A DNA stretch of 64,000 nucleotides from Alphaproteobacteria bacterium (lineage in GTDB: Bacteria; Pseudomonadota; Alphaproteobacteria; SHVV01). Location of the stretch: NCBI GenBank assembly GCA_965261735.1, contig OZ253470.1:2912001-2976000 (forward strand). Direction: 5' to 3'. Below the pieces are notes generated by a model. It was not told the DNA's origin. It worked only from the letters and a program-made list of their open reading frames with translations, and ran no database searches. The position numbers were made by a program, and so were the translations under genes. This document shows, one piece after another, positions 62,721 to 64,000 of the stretch; positions within the stretch are counted from its first letter, which is position 1; each line of letters starts with the position of its first letter.

Positions 62721-64000
62721 TGGTCGATTCGCTGATCGGCTTCGCGGCGCTGCTGGCGCTCGCCCTCCTTCGCCTGCCGATTGGGTTCGGCATGGCGATC
62801 GTCGGGTTTTTCGGGTTCGCCATCTACGTCGGCTGGGGCCCGGCGCTGGCCTTGGTCGGCCAAACCACTTACGGCACCGTCCTGAACTACGAATACTCGG
62901 TGCTGCCCCTCTTCATTCTGATGGGCAACTTCGTCAACCGCGCGGGCTTGTCGGACGAGCTGTACGCTGCCTCTCACGCCTTTCTCGGCCACTTCCGCGG
63001 TGGCCTGGCAATGGCCACCATCGTTGCCTGCGGCGGCCTCAGCGCGGTTTCGGGGTCGAGCCTCGCGACCGCGGCGACCATGGCCAAGGTGGCGATGCCG
63101 CCGATGCGCCGCTATGGCTACGCGGACAGCCTCGCCACCGGCTCCATCGCGGCCGGCGGCACGCTCGGCATTCTCATCCCGCCGAGCGTGGTGCTGGTGA
63201 TCTACGGCATCATCACCAGCACCGATATCGGCAAGCTATTCATCGCCGGGATCGTACCCGGGGTGGTGAGTATCCTGCTCTACGCGGCGGCGATCCAGAT
63301 CGTGACGCGAGTCTGGCCCGAGCTCGCGCCGCTGGCGGAGCGCACCGGATGGGGTGAGCGGCTGCGGGCGCTCAGGCGTGTATGGGGCGTGCTGCTCCTG
63401 TTCGCCATCGTCATGGGCGGTATCTACGGCGGCGTGTTCACGGCCACCGAGGCGGCTGGAATCGGCGCCAGCGGCGCCTTCCTCTTCGCGCTCGGGCGTC
63501 GTGCGCTGACGTTACGGCTTCTGTTCCGGGTCTTGGTGGAAAGCGCGCGCACCTCGGCGATGATGTTCTTCGTCCTCATCGGGGCGCTGGTCTTTTCCAA
63601 CTTCATCAACATCGCCGGGCTCCCGGCCGGGCTCTCGGACTGGGTCCAGAGCTTCGATGTCGCCCCGATCGTCGTCATCCTCCTGATCGCCGGCATGTAC
63701 ATCGTCCTCGGCTGCGTCTTCGAGAGCTTCTCGATGATGCTGCTGACCGTGCCCACGTTCTTCCCGCTCGTGACCGGCCTCGGCTTAAGCCCGATTTGGT
63801 TCGGCATCTTCGTCGTCGTGGTCATGGAGATCGGGCTGATCACCCCGCCCGTGGGCATCAACGTGTTCGTGCTGCGCGCGGTCCTACCCGAGGTTTCGAC
63901 GGCCACGATCTTCCGCGGCGTGACACCGTTCTGGATCACCGACATCGGGCGATTGACGCTGCTCATCTTCGTGCCGGGACTGGCCGTATTCCTGCCTGGC
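62720..64000 (+). CDS. dctM: TRAP large permease (runs off window)
   Basis: Manual translation: PLFILMG, SGSSLATAA, GGTLGILIPPS, GVFTATEAA, LITPPVG. Not in the ORF track. Confidence 0.9.
   Translation, partial: MVDSLIGFAALLALALLRLPIGFGMAIVGFFGFAIYVGWGPALALVGQTTYGTVLNYEYSVLPLFILMGNFVNRAGLSDELYAASHAFLGHFRGGLAMATIVACGGLSAVSGSSLATAATMAKVAMPPMRRYGYADSLATGSIAAGGTLGILIPPSVVLVIYGIITSTDIGKLFIAGIVPGVVSILLYAAAIQIVTRVWPELAPLAERTGWGERLRALRRVWGVLLLFAIVMGGIYGGVFTATEAAGIGASGAFLFALGRRALTLRLLFRVLVESARTSAMMFFVLIGALVFSNFINIAGLPAGLSDWVQSFDVAPIVVILLIAGMYIVLGCVFESFSMMLLTVPTFFPLVTGLGLSPIWFGIFVVVVMEIGLITPPVGINVFVLRAVLPEVSTATIFRGVTPFWITDIGRLTLLIFVPGLAVFLPG

Overview
GC-rich window, probably from an alphaproteobacterium (inferred from gene families and intergenic repeats). 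The centre (about 15-32 kb and 40-51 kb) is a heavily decayed region of insertion sequences (IS256 x3, IS3, IS21, IS110/IS1111, IS5, IS6, IS1595 x4, ISKra4-like) plus phage and defence remnants: an MmeI-like methyltransferase, a PHP-ATPase, higBA, terminase and tape-measure fragments, and att-like sites. Mostly intact blocks are a sulfur/Fe-S cluster at 6.7-15.1 kb (ATP-grasp, CCAEP-tail radical SAM, Nfu fusion, rhodanese, methyltransferase, DoxX, cystathionine lyase and synthase), a transporter/signalling block at 32.7-40.4 kb, and a catabolic block at 51.5-64 kb (ICL-family lyase, LLM, PhyH, Rieske oxygenase, carbonic anhydrase, HO-like diiron enzyme, amidohydrolase, TRAP). The most notable observations are five. 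(1) The radical SAM/ATP-grasp sulfur cluster. (2) IS1111 bridge/seek RNA regions whose guide segments match their own donor and target sites, one tandemly duplicated and one orphan inserted in IS6. (3) A family of GTCCGCT..AGCGGAC palindromic repeats bracketing single accessory genes like cassettes. (4) A sigma54/enhancer-controlled PEP-CTERM protein built from phage tail-collar domains, split by IS256. (5) A lysozyme/tape-measure module flanked by two paralogous secreted proteins. All protein calls come from motif recognition by eye; no database searches were run.
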